This document shows positions 34,982-48,777 of a stretch of 64,000 nt of DNA, in pieces. The notes beneath the pieces were generated by a model. It did not search any database. It had not been told where the DNA came from and was given only the letters and a program-made list of their open reading frames with translations. Positions within the stretch are counted from its first letter, which is position 1. Every line of letters begins with the position of its first letter. The translations under genes were made by a program, and so were the position numbers. The stretch covers positions 3,038,001-3,102,000 of the forward strand of contig JBHGNT010000001.1 in assembly GCA_043228905.1 (NCBI GenBank), in the 5' to 3' direction. The DNA comes from Azolla caroliniana. Lineage: Eukaryota > Plantae > Polypodiophyta.

Positions 34982-37864
34982 CAATCTTCTTGATCTGATA
35001 TTGCGCACTGTTGCTTTTGTAACATTCTGATTTGTACAAACAATTATTGAAACAGGGAAGTTAAACTCAATTATATATACATATATAAATCAGAGCACAT
35101 TCATTAGATTTAAGTGCCTTCGTAACTCTGAATGATTTGTAGATGTTAGGATGCAAATAAAGGTAGCCTAGAACAAAATCTTTTCTTGTTCTCGAAATTC
35201 ATTAATAACACAAGAAACGACATGGTTAACTTTTTCTTTGGTATGGAGGGAAATTTGTCATAGTACTCATTTGATATCCAGATACCTAGGGAATTGGCAT
35301 GATAGTTATCAGATTTTATGTTTGGGTCGGTGATTTTTTTTTCGCTTGATCTTGTTATATGTTAATATTATCTGGAATGACTTTTCATTAACTGACTTCT
35401 AAAAAGAAAATTCAGTTTCTTTGTTCACATATATGAGTGGTAGAAATCATATGATGTTCATTGCATTATGAGGATGATGAAATCAACTACAGATTTACTT
35501 CGGGGTATAATTTATTAACTAATTACTAGTGAATTTTTGATGTATAATAAATGGACGTGAGGTTTATTGAAAGTTCATTTTGGATTGAAGTAAAGTATAT
35601 ATTGAGAAGATACATGAATACGTTATAATATGTATCATGGACAAGTCAATGTGTCCTAGCTAATATATCACACCCTAGACGTTTTAGTGAAACGAGTCCT
35701 AGAAGTAGAAAAGGTGTTGTAATTGTAAAAATGTTCTTATTTAAAGTATGCCTAAGTTTCTTCCTGTCTCAAAATAGTAGCAAACAAGACTAGCTTGTAA
35801 AATATACGAATGTATCATAGAGTTCTTTAAAGAACATTTAGTAGAGTTGAGTTGATTCATGCCATCATTTTTGTAGATTCCTACTCTATGGACCCCACAT
35901 GTATGGGAATATTTGTCACCATGATTGATTTGTATTTATCAAGATGGATCTCACACACACCACCTCTTATTTATGTGGAGAGCATTCTCTTCTCTAATTG
36001 GTCATTATAAAGATACCCTCAACATTCAATATGTCACTTTTGTATTGTCCCCATACACCTTTCTGTGACCTTTTTATCCACAATAATGCACCATTTGACG
36101 TATGAAGTTAATAGACAATCTTTCGACATTATAGGAATGATTTTGAGAAAGACATAGTGTTGTTATTGTCCTTGGTGACTTATTGGGTCATTATGGGAAG
36201 TTTTCATGTGTTATGTTATTGCTCGAGTTTACTATAAAAATCACATTATGCCACATTGTGATGAAGGCTAAGTGGTAGTGATACATAGATGATGAAAACT
36301 ACTTTGGTTCATAGCATGTGCAGTGTGTGCCGAAGAAGATGGTTCCTTAGTTAGTTGTAACATATGTCAAGGCAGTTTTTGAGTGTGATTAATTGGAATT
36401 TCCAACATTGTCCACATGTATATGCTCTATGCCATTTGTCTTTAAAATTTGAAGCTCAGCCTTTATTTGTTAGTATTTGCATTCTATCACTTCTTTCATG
36501 TGGATGAAAATTATTCTTTTCTTTGGGGGTTAATTTTATAGCTCTCTATATTACATAGTTAAAATTTGTCTATCCTCTTGTGCAACTTTTGTTGGTGCCA
36601 ATCGTAAAACTCATGGATATGCATTATAAGAGTCGATTTGAGTTTCATTGTGTACATGTGATAGTATTGAGAGATTTACTCCCACTACTCTCCATCGATG
36701 AATAAGATTACAATTTTACATACAAAAGCAAGCAATACCTTCCGATAGATTTGGATTAGGGTGGTGGCGCATCTTGATTTATGATTATTGTTGAATGTGT
36801 CTCCTTTGATTATGTCTAGTTGAGGCCAATGCCCAACACTAACCTATGTGTCAAATAATTTACAATCATGGCCCGAAAGATCATAGGCATATTTGACCAA
36901 TATTGACGACAAAACGGAGGGAACACCAATTGTTGCTTGGGGTCGTCGCCCAATCCATGATAGTGAGCCTACACCCCCATCTAACCTAGGCTTCACACTT
37001 ATTTATTCTTATATCCCTTTCCTCTTCCACACACTCACTCACCCCCCTCTTCAAAGGACTTCCACGACTGAAGAAAAGGGTATGGATAGCGGACAAGGGT
37101 ATGGTAACACTCGAACTCACTTGTCCTAGGCAAAATATTCATCCACAAGGGTATGGGCTCTGGCATGTACGCATGGTTTGCCCATTCAAAGAAAAATGGA
37201 TGAGTGTTGAACCACCATACTATAGGACTTAAGGACACGGGTGAGAGAGGCGAACAACTCTTTGAAAATGAAATTAGGAGACCACTCTATCATATTCATT
37301 TTTAATATTCTCCTATGCAAGGCATCTATATAAATATCGTACTCTTCACTCTTCACCTTCATATGCTGGAATCTGTGTATACTCCATAGATACCACAATG
37401 CTTGACCAATCTCAATTGTTACTGTTATATAATTTGGCATGTAGATGCCCATGTGAGGGGATTCGACAATGAAACCCAAACAGGAGATACATTGGGAGCA
37501 ATAAAATGAAATGAATTGTAGTATTAACATCCAAAACAGCCGATGAGACCAAAAGTACAACCAACATGTAGCGATACAACTGTTGGACATAAATCTAGAA
37601 CGCAAAGGAAACAGTAATCCTAACAAGCTTTCATGTCCAAGAATCCTATATATAAAGACCTTAATCTTGTGGCCATAAGAAAATCATTATCGAATGAAAT
37701 TTGTTGTATCTTGTACCATTTTACATCAGAAATGTAAATTACTGGCTACTAAAACTGCTTTCAGCAAAACCATCTCCATGCAAAATCTTGAAATCTTATG
37801 ACTGCAATTAGGACAACTCAATCATGCTCTTTTTGCTGTAACTTTGCTGTACAAATGAAGATTG

Positions 37865-39704
37865 CTATAGCTCATTTTCTATGATGTTGCGAATGACATC
37901 GGCAGGTAGTAACCCTTCTGTCCGGATAGCATTTTTGCTTGTATCTTTACTCACAAAAATCAGCGTAGGCAAACCTTGAATCTAACAATCACCCAATATA
38001 TATATATATATATATAAATTCCAGATTATACATTAACATCAATTGACAACGGATTTGTTTCACAAACCTTCATTTCGCTTGCAAGCTCGTGTTCTTCATC
38101 AGTGTCTACCTTTAAGAACTTCACAGCTTCACCATATTCTGTTGCTAACTGCAACATAAAACACAAGTTATATACAACATAAATGTTTAATCTCTAAAGG
38201 TTGTCTGACACCAGACCATATTATGATGTACAAATGTTTTTCATGCATTTGTTCAAGGTTGTGCAATGAATATAAAGACACTTACATTGATCACTACTCG
38301 TACTGAAAAATCTAGTTTGGGATCAGAATGAATAAGGCTTCTTTTTTTACTGAAATCCATGAAAATTTCATACTGCTGATGCTACTTGTATAACATAAAT
38401 ATATCATTTCAACCCACTTCACTTATTGCACCCTTTCTGTCTGCGTCAATGCATTAAAGAATATCTTGATTTACTAGATATCTGGTCACAACGTTGTCTT
38501 GTTCTATTCAAACGAAATAGCCTCGACTCTCAAGTCATAAAGAATCAGTTTTTATAAGATGCACAGTGTTGAAATCTATTAAATTAGATGCTAATCCAGC
38601 CACTGTAATAAATCTAATTTAAAATGTTATCTGTGTACAAAGAAAAACGGGAGCAACAGCATAGCAATTAAGAAGTCTGAAGTCCCCCCAAAGTCTTCAC
38701 TTTGGGTATGATAACCCCATAAGTTTCTCAGACCCCACAGATTCGTATTCCACATACCTTGTAAATGTCCTATGACTCATCTATACAACATGCTGCAAAA
38801 AACTGACCATGGTCTCTCAATTATGACTTTTCATTTCCAAGAAGAGAGAGATTTGTGTATTATCCTGCTGCACAGCAGTGCTATTGAATTGAGATGACCT
38901 CTTTTCATTCGATTTTTTTATGTTAGAATATCCAACAATTCCTGTTTTGACAGATGGTAGACCATACATACAGTTTTGCATTTAGGTATTCAAAAAAACA
39001 AAACATGCCTTATTTTTTGCTGAGAATTCTGTCCTGTCTTTCTATGTGTTTGCATCTTGTGGATAAATCTAACTAAGAAATGATCAAACGTACTGTATAT
39101 CCATTCATTAGAGCTACAAATCCACTTTTGAAAATAATCCAAGAAATCCCCAAGTTGAATTACTAATCAAAGGAATATATCGATTTCTGCAGAGGATTAA
39201 ATCCAGGATTATGTGATGATCTATTTCCATCAATGATCGGACAGTGTTTAATTCTTGAATTAAACAAAATAAGATTTTACCTGGTCAAGCTCCTCCGAGA
39301 GAAGGATGCATGGCCCACACCAAGTTGCATAGAAATCAACTACCACTGGGCAGTCTCTCGTCCCATCTAAGATGGCATCAAGTTCCTTAGACGTTACCTT
39401 CGTCTGCATCAGGTCAAAACGAAGGGGGAGAAATGAGGAAAACGGATGGATTTAAGGCAAGGAAAGGAAAATGGAGGTTAAGACCTACCACACGGCTACC
39501 TTGCGCCATAGCAGAGATTCTGGAAAGCCTCCATGGACGAGTGGTCGACAAGATGGCTCGTCCATTGACGGAGAGATGCAAAGAAGGAGGCTTAGGGTAA
39601 AAAGCGGTGCTTCTTCTGCTGCGTTGTCTTCCTGTTGCATGGACACAGAAGGGAGGAAGAGGCTGAAAGGCGAGGCTCGGGAGAGAGGCCTGTGCTGCGG
39701 CCAT
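37865..39704 (-). CDS. TRXz: Plastid thioredoxin z (CITRX-like); 4 exons
   Basis: VVVDFYATWCGPCILLSEEL, KVDTDEEHELA, GLPTLIFVS...AIRTEGLLP. Exons 39704-39489, 39403-39281, 38148-38068, 37981-37865 are all phase 0. Transit-peptide-like N-terminus. Confidence 0.93.
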
Positions 39705-41263
39705 GCCTACTAGTGTGTTCCAAGAAGAGCAGGAAGACATAGACCTCACGATCATATACATACATACATGCACAAGCACACTAAGCACATGACAGGGGAG
39801 GGGAAGCAGGAGGAGGAGGAGCAGGAGCAGCAGGAGGAGGAGGAGATATCCCTGAGAGGGGTTTTCTGTATTTCCCCAAATGCCCCTACCAAAACGGGGT
39901 GGGTGGGTGGAGGGCAATTTGGGAATTAGCAAGAAACGTTTTGTATGGATGGATGGATGTACAATGTATGTATTTTTGTTGACCTTCCGGGCGGTACAAG
40001 GAGTGCGGAACGGTGAAGACATCGGTGGGTTGTAGATAGGCTGAGAGGGGAAAGGAGTGGCTATGGAGGGGAGAGGGAGACGAAACCACCAAGGCCGATT
40101 TGAGCGCACCCGAATCGTAGACATAACTCGGTGAAAGCGAGGATTAGAAGAGATAGGGGGAGGGGAGACGGAGATGAGGAATCGAACACTAATAATAAAC
40201 TCTACATAAGATTAAAACACTAAAAAAGATTAAAAACATACCCACAAGCTTGAGAGAGAGATTAATAGCAAAATTAATTTTCATTAAGAGAGGGTTTACA
40301 ATGTACACAGGACATTGTAAACACGACAATGGATGGATGGATGTACAATGTACATAGGGCACTCAAAACTCAGCTGGCCTATTCATTATAAGCCTCATTT
40401 GGCATGAAGGCCGAATGAATGCAACCTCTGGTCTGGCTGGCCTATTGAGAGAGAGAGAGAGAGAGAGCGTGAAAAGTAAATGTGCTCCTTTGTTTGTATC
40501 AAAACCTGTTGTCCACGACAAGAAAACCCATGTTGTCCTTTTGGAATCACGAGAGTGCCCCCCCCCCCCCCCCTCTCCCGACTATATCTTAGTTGCTCCA
40601 TTTCACCTTAATGTTGTCAAAGAATCAAAGTGAATACCATTATTATCGAGTGATGTTGAGTTACTTACTTTACTTCCTAGTATGTATGTATGTATGTATG
40701 TTTGTCATCCTTAGGTAGTTACGAATTTACAAAAGTAGTCCTTATATATTAGTAAAATAGGTTGCTATCCTTAGCAGCTAGTTATATATATGTATATGAG
40801 TTACACACATTTGTAGTCGGTATGTATATTTTTAGTGATAAAATGTGGCTTTTAGAAAAGGAGTGAAGAAAAAGAGGCAAAACGGATGCTCTCTCTACTT
40901 TCAGCTGAACTGTGTGTCTCGCGGCCTTCCACACGACAACAATCTCGTTCTGCAGCCGGCGATGGCGACGACGATTTTAGGGTTTACCCTCGCCTCCCCT
41001 CTTCCTCCTCCTCCTCCCTCCCTCCCACCATGGCCTGGCCATCCTCCCCAGCCTCTTAGATCACGCAGACCTTCTTGCTTTCCTTCCTGGAAAGCACAGA
41101 AAACAGGTCCCCCAGACCTAGGTTGCGTAACAGTACTGGTTATACAACCTTTCTGATGATGTGCCTGGGTCAGAAACGTGCCACATTATTTCGTTAGTTT
41201 GGGCAGAGATATGGATTAGGGTTTCCCGTACGTAAAAAAGATTTCCTTTCTGGTAGGAATATT

Positions 41264-44200
41264 ATGGAAGAAAGCTTTCCTCTCTGCCAGGAATATTACG
41301 GCATGGAGCACAGTGCTCACGGTAAATATGAGTTCGGCTCTGAACAACAGTTCCCTTATTGTCACGCTGCAAAGAGCTCTAATGTGGTGTCACCTCTTCA
41401 TCCTGGGTCACATCAATACCATAGATATTCCGGAACCACTAATGTAACCTCCAACAATCAAGAACTTGTCTTGGACAGCGAAGATAATGCATTAACATAT
41501 ATAGATAATATCCTGAATTGGGACTTCACTGCTTTCGATGTGTCTGATAGCAGCCAGGATTCTTTGCCAGTTTTTGGTTATTCATATGATGTCAACTTCC
41601 TTGCAGATGCCTCGTTACCATCGTTTAGTCTTGATGCTCTGGTGGATGAAAGAGGAGAATCTTTTAATGCGGAGTCTTTGCAAGATGAACAAAGAGTTCC
41701 CAAATTGGAGCCCTGTTGCCTCACTGATGTATATGGTTTTGAAGTCAATAGGAAACAATACAACTCGAAAGAGGAGATTATTACATCATCCATGCCGCCA
41801 AAGAATGAGCTAGGGTGTAATCTTGCAGCAGATGAAGTGAGCTCATCACCTATTCTTCTGAGCGGAGGAGAGCATGAATGTGATCGTTGTGAGGTCTTGC
41901 GCCAGATAGTCCACACCAGTGGTGCTGTTTCTATCTTCCAAAGAATGTGAAAGTTTGGATTTGAATTTAAAACTTGATATATCTTTTTTATTACTGATAA
42001 ACATTTTTAGGTACCCTTCTTTGAACAGTTGTTATGGTACTTCAACAAGGCCTGATACTATATTGTGGCGTTCTTGTGTCTCACAGGTCATCAAGGCACT
42101 AAGCTCGAGATTCATGTGTGTGATGGGGATAGCTACCATGCAGTTATGCAGACTAAATTCCTTCTGAATGATGGATTTCCACCCACAGTTGAGCGGCAAA
42201 TGGTTGAGTAAGTTTGCACAACCTTGACACATCCGCTGTTTGACTATAGATCTTAAGAAAATCAAAGTCATTATATCTGCACAGATTTCCAGCTGGGAAC
42301 TTCGAATATGTGAAGCAATTCTTGCTGCAGTATAGTGTTCTACAGAAAAAGGAAGGATTTATGTTGCAGCAAGATTGTCTTCTACATGATGTGATTGCAA
42401 CCTGTTGCAAAAGACCAGTTGATTATGTTATGATAGATGCAGCCACATGCTGCTTTAAAGAATCCGAACATGACCACTGTCCTTCAATTTTATCAGGTCT
42501 GTTGTTTTGTTACTGTTCTCCTCGCTGCAAACATTTCCTTAGGCATTTCCAAAGACAGATAAAAGGACTTTGCATTTGGCACTCCTTCATTGCACTTAAA
42601 ATTTGCTTCAGGGATGGACCAGGCAGAGAAAAATGATGCTTGTGTCATGAGAATTTGTAGACTCTGGCATTCGCTCATTAGAGTCAAAACGTCTTCTGGG
42701 ATGAACCACGCAGAGTCAAATGATGCTCATATCATAAGAATTTGTACATCCTGGCATTAAATCAGTAGATTCAAAACTCGTGCCAGGGATGATTTAAGCA
42801 GAATCAACTGAAGCCTGTATCATGAGAATTTGTAAAGACTTTCCATGTCTACATGTAATTCTGATATGACATATGTGTGTTGTTAATGAGCTTGGAGTCC
42901 TAATATCGTGGATAATAAATATATCTCACTTTGGACCATGCATATATGTTCAAGTCCGGGGGGCTTCAATGCACTCCTAATTTGAATCCTTCACCCGGCA
43001 GAAAGTAATAGATGCGTCTTCTGTTTTTGGATTCATAATGATGGCTATATCTTGCCTGATGGTTGGAGGGTGCACTGTGGAAACTCAAAATGTTGGGCAA
43101 TATCTTAGAGTTTTGGAAAGATCCATGACATTGCTTTTTTCTCCCTGAAAGAGCATTAGATTATACAACACTATAGGTGCAGGTTCACTAGAGCACTGTC
43201 AAACATCTGCAATGAAGTGGTTAGACACACCTTCCAGTTAAACACACAATCCATAGTTGGCCTTGCAGGAAGCAACCATCCATTAGCAGGGAAAGACAGT
43301 GATCAGTTTTAGCCATTTTCATCTTGCTTCGTTGAAAAAATTCAAATATTTTGTTGGGCTTTCTTTGCATTTTTTTCTCGTCCATAACAATATGCTAGTA
43401 ATCATAATTGTTTTCAAGAGGAAAGACATAGTGAAGAAGCCACATGTTGTGCTTTGCAATTATGAGAAGCAATGTGATGCTCATTTCTCCATGGATAGAT
43501 TAAAACATGCTTATTGTTTGCAGAAATAGCTTGCTATCCCTTACACATATAAAATTAATCCTCTTATCTCAAGCTTTTTTCTTTTTTCTTTTTGTTTCTG
43601 AGTTTCAGAAAGACATTCCTGCTCTTTCCATTACTTTTCCGGCAGAATATAAGTAGGTTGTAGTGCAATCTTTGTATTGCAAAACGCAGATCATATCGAT
43701 TGAGAATTCACTTCTCTTTTTACCCTCATTCTTTAATGTTATGTTCACAAAGGGAAAGGTGGAATTTTACCCCTGAATATTTTTGGGCAGACTAATCAAC
43801 ATTTGGTGCATCATTGTAAGAAGACTAAGATAGCAAAACATCATACAAACGCAAATTATGAATTTTCGCATCTGATTTTGCACATCCAGATTCTAAATAT
43901 GAGACATCTGCCAATGAAGAATCTTATTCACTGGATGGCGCTGTTAAGGATGAAAGTTTGGTCTCATCACTAAAGCCTATAAAAAGCAGTGCTGCTGCTC
44001 AGGTTTACATAATCTTCTGACTTGTCTTCTAATAATAACATCTGCCTTCTTTGCTCACTATTCCTGCAGATTTGTTAACCATATGTCACAGTGGTTGCAG
44101 AGAGAGAAGACGGGGAAATTAAAGATGTCTGACTTGGCAAAACATTTTCATCTTCCTATCAATGTAGCTGCAAAGGAGCTTGGGATCTGTCCCACTGTTT

Positions 44201-44583
44201 TGAAAAAAATATGTCGTCGAAATGGCATGCGTAGATGGCCGCACCGCAAGGTTCATCCAACTTCCCTTTTTAGTGGATATCTCATTGTGTCTTTTCTTAC
44301 ATATTTCATGAATAATAGGATATTCACAAGACATGTAGCGAGGGCATTTGCAATTGTTTATTGGTCTACATATGTGCAACAGATTACCTTTCTGGTTGGT
44401 GTACACTTAGATTTTTGTGTCACTGTTCTTTGGCAGATAAAAAGCATTGAAAGAATCATAGCTACACTGGAGCAAACGATTGCAGAGGGACCAGGGCTGG
44501 GAGATGAAGGCATTCGAAACGAAATTGCGATGCTTAGAAATGAGAGGTCTCAGTTGTGTGCTGGGTTGGTAGGTCAGTCTTAA
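41264..44583 (+). CDS. RWP-RK transcription factor, RKD/MID-like (no PB1 domain, so not NLP); 6 coding exons
   Basis: [41 protein letters not shown]. Exons 41264-41921, 42087-42207, 42285-42496, 43890-44002, 44101-44250, 44437-44583 keep frame. Confidence 0.92.
42611..42840. repeat. Degenerate intronic tandem repeat, ~88-bp unit, ~2.6 copies
   Basis: GGGATG...GCAGA...AA.TGA.GC...TCAT.AGAATTTGTA at 42611, 42698 and 42787. Confidence 0.7.
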
Positions 44584-46401
44584 CATCTTTATGATCTGCA
44601 TATGTAGCGGAGATACTGTTTTTGGCCTCTTTTTGTAAGCTAATCTCTCTGCATATCCCAAAGGTTCATTTTCTGTGGCCTAATCTTTCTTTCTATGCTA
44701 ATCAAATGGTGCACTTTAATACCAAGTATGCTGTCCATTGGAACTTACACAGATGCATTATTCTCTGTAATTGGATATACACTTTCTTCAGCCATAGAAT
44801 CTGAATCAATGGGAAAATGTGTTTTTATCTCTAATGATTGAGCAAATCAGATAAGAAGTAAAACCAGAAAAAGTGCTATCCCTCACCCCTACAGTTTTTG
44901 GCTTGTACATACATGCTTGATTGTTATCGATGGTGGAGGTGTCATGAACATTACTATAAAATGGAAGGTTGTATATTAATATGTAGATCCTGAATAGAAG
45001 AACATTTTAAAATTATGTGCAACATTTTGCATGACATTGTTAGAGTAGCATTAGTAGCAACCTCTGCATGCTGAGTCCACATTTTAGAATTTAAGTACCA
45101 TGACATCATTGAAGTAGGATTTTAGATTTTTCATGACATCATTGAAGTAGGATTGGTAGCAACCTCTGCATCTAAGTGATGTGCATAAAACATTAATCAA
45201 CTCTCAATTGTCTCTATCATGTCAAATAAGGATTCCCTTGGCATAAAGAAAACAAGCTTGAAGCTTGAATGAGCCATCTACCGACAAATGTAACATTACA
45301 GAGATTGCCCATATGCCCCAAATAAGATATAAGCTAGAACTCAAAAGACGAGATTTATGCCATGTGAGATTGAAACTAAGAACAAATGATAGATACGTGC
45401 ACCTCAAACATGTGAGATAATTCCGAAATATAATTCTCTATACACAAATGTGTTTTGGACTGTAATTTCAGTTGGTGACATTAATTACCTAGGACAAGGT
45501 TCAAGGAAGGTTTCATTGACCTATATCATATATAGAGCCTATTATAAACACAAATGGCGACTGTAATTATAAGCCACAAATTACATAACATTCATGAGGC
45601 CATATAAGTGAGGCCACCATGAGGCTACATAACTGTTAGCCAGCAAGAAGCTACAAGTTCCTAAAATGCAGAAGCTCTCAACTTGCCCAAACAATAGTAC
45701 AACACTCATGATAACCCATAATGATTCCAGCTGCTTCATCTTGCGTAAATTTATAACCTGTGTTATGAGACTAGAAGTTTATCTGATCAAACTATTAGTT
45801 ACCAAAGATTTATATACAGCAATGAATAGAGAGGCCCTGAATACACCAGAAACATTGAACATTTTAAAAGGTTGCATATGGATGTTGTGCTCAGCATGAA
45901 AAACGAAGTAACAGCTGCGCATGTCAATATATTTTTATGATTGTTGTTTTACTCCTGGTTTTTTTTCTTATAGTTTAGTTTACTTAAATATTATTTTCAT
46001 TTAAGAAGAATCTTCAAATGTGAATGCCATATAATTCAGTCTGAGTCTTGTTTCATCCGGTATTCTACCTCTACAAAGTAATTTTATTATTGTGGTATGA
46101 GTGATTAAGTTTCAAATGATAATTCTATACTCTTTATCAATTGAAAAAGAACTGTTTACAAAATTGCTTCTCAATAAATAATATGTCCCCATATGCCTAT
46201 ATGTATTTAGATAGAATGTTATTGCAATATTATAGATTTGAAAAAGTAATTGAATTTGTAATCACCAATTTCCGAAATAACATTAACCATTGACTAGTAT
46301 GATCATTTACATGTTACTACAATCTTCCAAGAGCGTTGTTTGTGGTATTTATATACTCTATACAGTTCAGAACTGCATCATAAAAGCAGATCGAACTCCA
46401 A

Positions 46402-48777
46402 TTACTTTGCAGCTTGTATGTCAAAGCCAGGCATTTCAAGAGCAGATGCAAAGTTTTCTACTTTAGTTTTAAGGTCTATGACGTCCTTGCTAGATTGCAA
46501 GCTTCTCAAAAATTCCTTTTGTTGTTTACCATTCTCCCGTTGTAAAGACACAGCAATTTGTAAAGCTCTCAACAGAAAATCTGCAATGGTCTCAAAGTCT
46601 CTCTCCACACAGCCCCTGGACGTCATTGCAAGCGTTCCTGTAATGAAATTCTTATTATTTATTGCCATAACTACCAAATGAATCAAATATTATGCAAGGT
46701 AGAACATATTATTTACCGATCCGAACACCTCCAGGAGCAAAAGTTCCATTATCACCATAAACAGCATTCCTGTTGAGTGTTATGCGGCATAATTCACACA
46801 CCTTTTCAAAGCGATACCCTGTTAAATGTCAATTCTCAATTTTAATTATCTCATTCCCTTTTCTGCAATTTTTTGTATTGTGGGGCAAATGATGATAGAA
46901 GTCTATAAAGTTTGCGTGAAAATATTCTTCTATATAGAAAATGTCACGTCTGTCTAACAGACATAATGATCTTTGCAAGAAATTCATGAAAGATAAAATT
47001 TACAGCATTAAGTTCAATGTCTCACCTGTGACACCATGGGGACGAAGATCCCAAAGGAAAAGATGGTTGTCGGTTCCTTCCGTTACCATCTTACAACCCC
47101 TTCTTTGTAAAGCTTTTACTAAGGCTTGGGCGTTCTTTTTCACTTGTTGCATATATGCTTTAAATTCAGGGGTAGAGACATGCTTCAAAGCTACAGCTAG
47201 AGCTGCGATTTGATTGTTATGGGGGCCTCCTTGAAGGGAAGGAAACACAGCAAAGTTTATTCGATCCTCAAAATCATAATGATCAGAATCATCAGTGATG
47301 TTCCTCTTCTTCTGTTTCGGACCTTTCCTATAGAAAATCATGCCTCCCCTCGGGCCTCTTAGACTCTTGTGTGTTGTTGATGTCACAATGTCACAGTAGT
47401 TGAATGGGCTTGTACACTCCTGATGAATGCAAATCTCAGTTCCTAAAAGAAATAATCATATAAATAAATCTGCATGCATGTGGAAATGCAAGAGACCAAT
47501 TATACCTGGGCTGCTACAAGGCCACTGACATGAGCCATGTCACACATTAGAATGGCACCAATCTTATCTGCAATTTGCCGAAACCTTGCATAATCCCACT
47601 CTCTTGGATAGGCACTCCCGCCACAGATCAAAATTTTTGGACGGAAATCCATGGCTTTTTCTTCAAGTTTTTCGTAATCTATAAACCCGGTATCTGGGTT
47701 TACTTTGTAAGGCAAGTTCTCGAAGAATATAGATGCAGCTGATACTTTCTTCCCACTTGATGTGTAGTATCCATGGCTGAGATGCCCTCCAGAAGGAGAA
47801 TCCAGGCCCATGATGCGATCATTAGGTTGAAGTAAGGCCGTATAGACTGCGAAATTAGCTGATGTGCATGAATATGGTTGGACATTAACACCCCAAGTTT
47901 CCGCATTGAGATGAAATGCAACCAAAGCACGATCCTGGCAAAGGCTTTCAATTTGATCAATGTATTCATTCCCACCATAATAGCGTGCTCCAGGAAATCC
48001 CTCTGAGTATTTGTTTGTGAGATGGCTGCCTAGAACCTCCATCACAGCTTGAGAAGTAAAGTTTTCCGAGGCAATGAGCTCGATTCCCCTGCATTGCCTA
48101 ATCTTTTCCTTTTCGAGTATCTCAAATAACTGAGGATCAACACTAGATAATGGTCGTTTACCCCATTCCTTTATGCAAAGGCGCTTTGAGGGATTGCTGC
48201 TACCTTGACTAAGTTCAACATCCTTTTGTGATGTTGCAAGTTTTCCAGGAGAATTGCCAACCTCCTCATCTAACTTGCCAGTGCTAATTTGTTTATTTGT
48301 TGGTTCTATGGGGATTCTTCTATGCCCAGCACGCATGGCTTCTATAGAGGATCTCTTACCACTCGGAGAGAGTGTGTCCATAGATGTTATGGTAGAGAAA
48401 TTTGATGAGTTCCCTTGTTTTAACCATGTAGCTGATGTGGGCAGACATGATGGTTGCTCACGGCCATTATCATCCCCGTTCTCTTTTCTTCTTTTCGGCC
48501 TCAGATGTGATTCTCCAACGAGCATGGTGGGTTCATCATTTCCAGCCAAAGGAAGGCATTCTCTACCAATATGCGGCTGGGATGCGGAATTCGAGTCTTT
48601 TGAGGGAGGATGGAGCGGTGGAGAAGCTTGAGCAGAGACGTTTGGAAACATAGCTGCAATGTGAGACATAGTGATATGGGCATCATTCACAGCCATTGGA
48701 TGAAGAGAGCCTGGAACTCTGTGATGATGAAGTCCAATCACTTCACGGAAGCTCGTCTTAACCTCTTGGGTATTCAT
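46402..48777 (-). CDS. SHM: Serine hydroxymethyltransferase, SHM6/SHM7-type with long N-terminal extension; 4 exons
   Basis: [37 protein letters not shown] (SHM6/7-type, instead of YSGSPANF), PLP lysine motif [15 protein letters not shown]-like RPKRRK. Exons 48777-47506, 47419-47026, 46818-46717, 46637-46402. Confidence 0.96.

Noticed and set aside
35500-37160. Possible LTR-retrotransposon debris between PHT2;1 and TRXz
   Set aside because: Looks repeat-like, but I could not read a convincing RT, RNase H or integrase motif or an LTR pair.
42611-42840. Spaced repeats as a CRISPR-like array or snoRNA cluster
   Set aside because: Whole units are degenerate copies with no unique spacers, no cas genes are present, and there are no clean C/D or H/ACA boxes.
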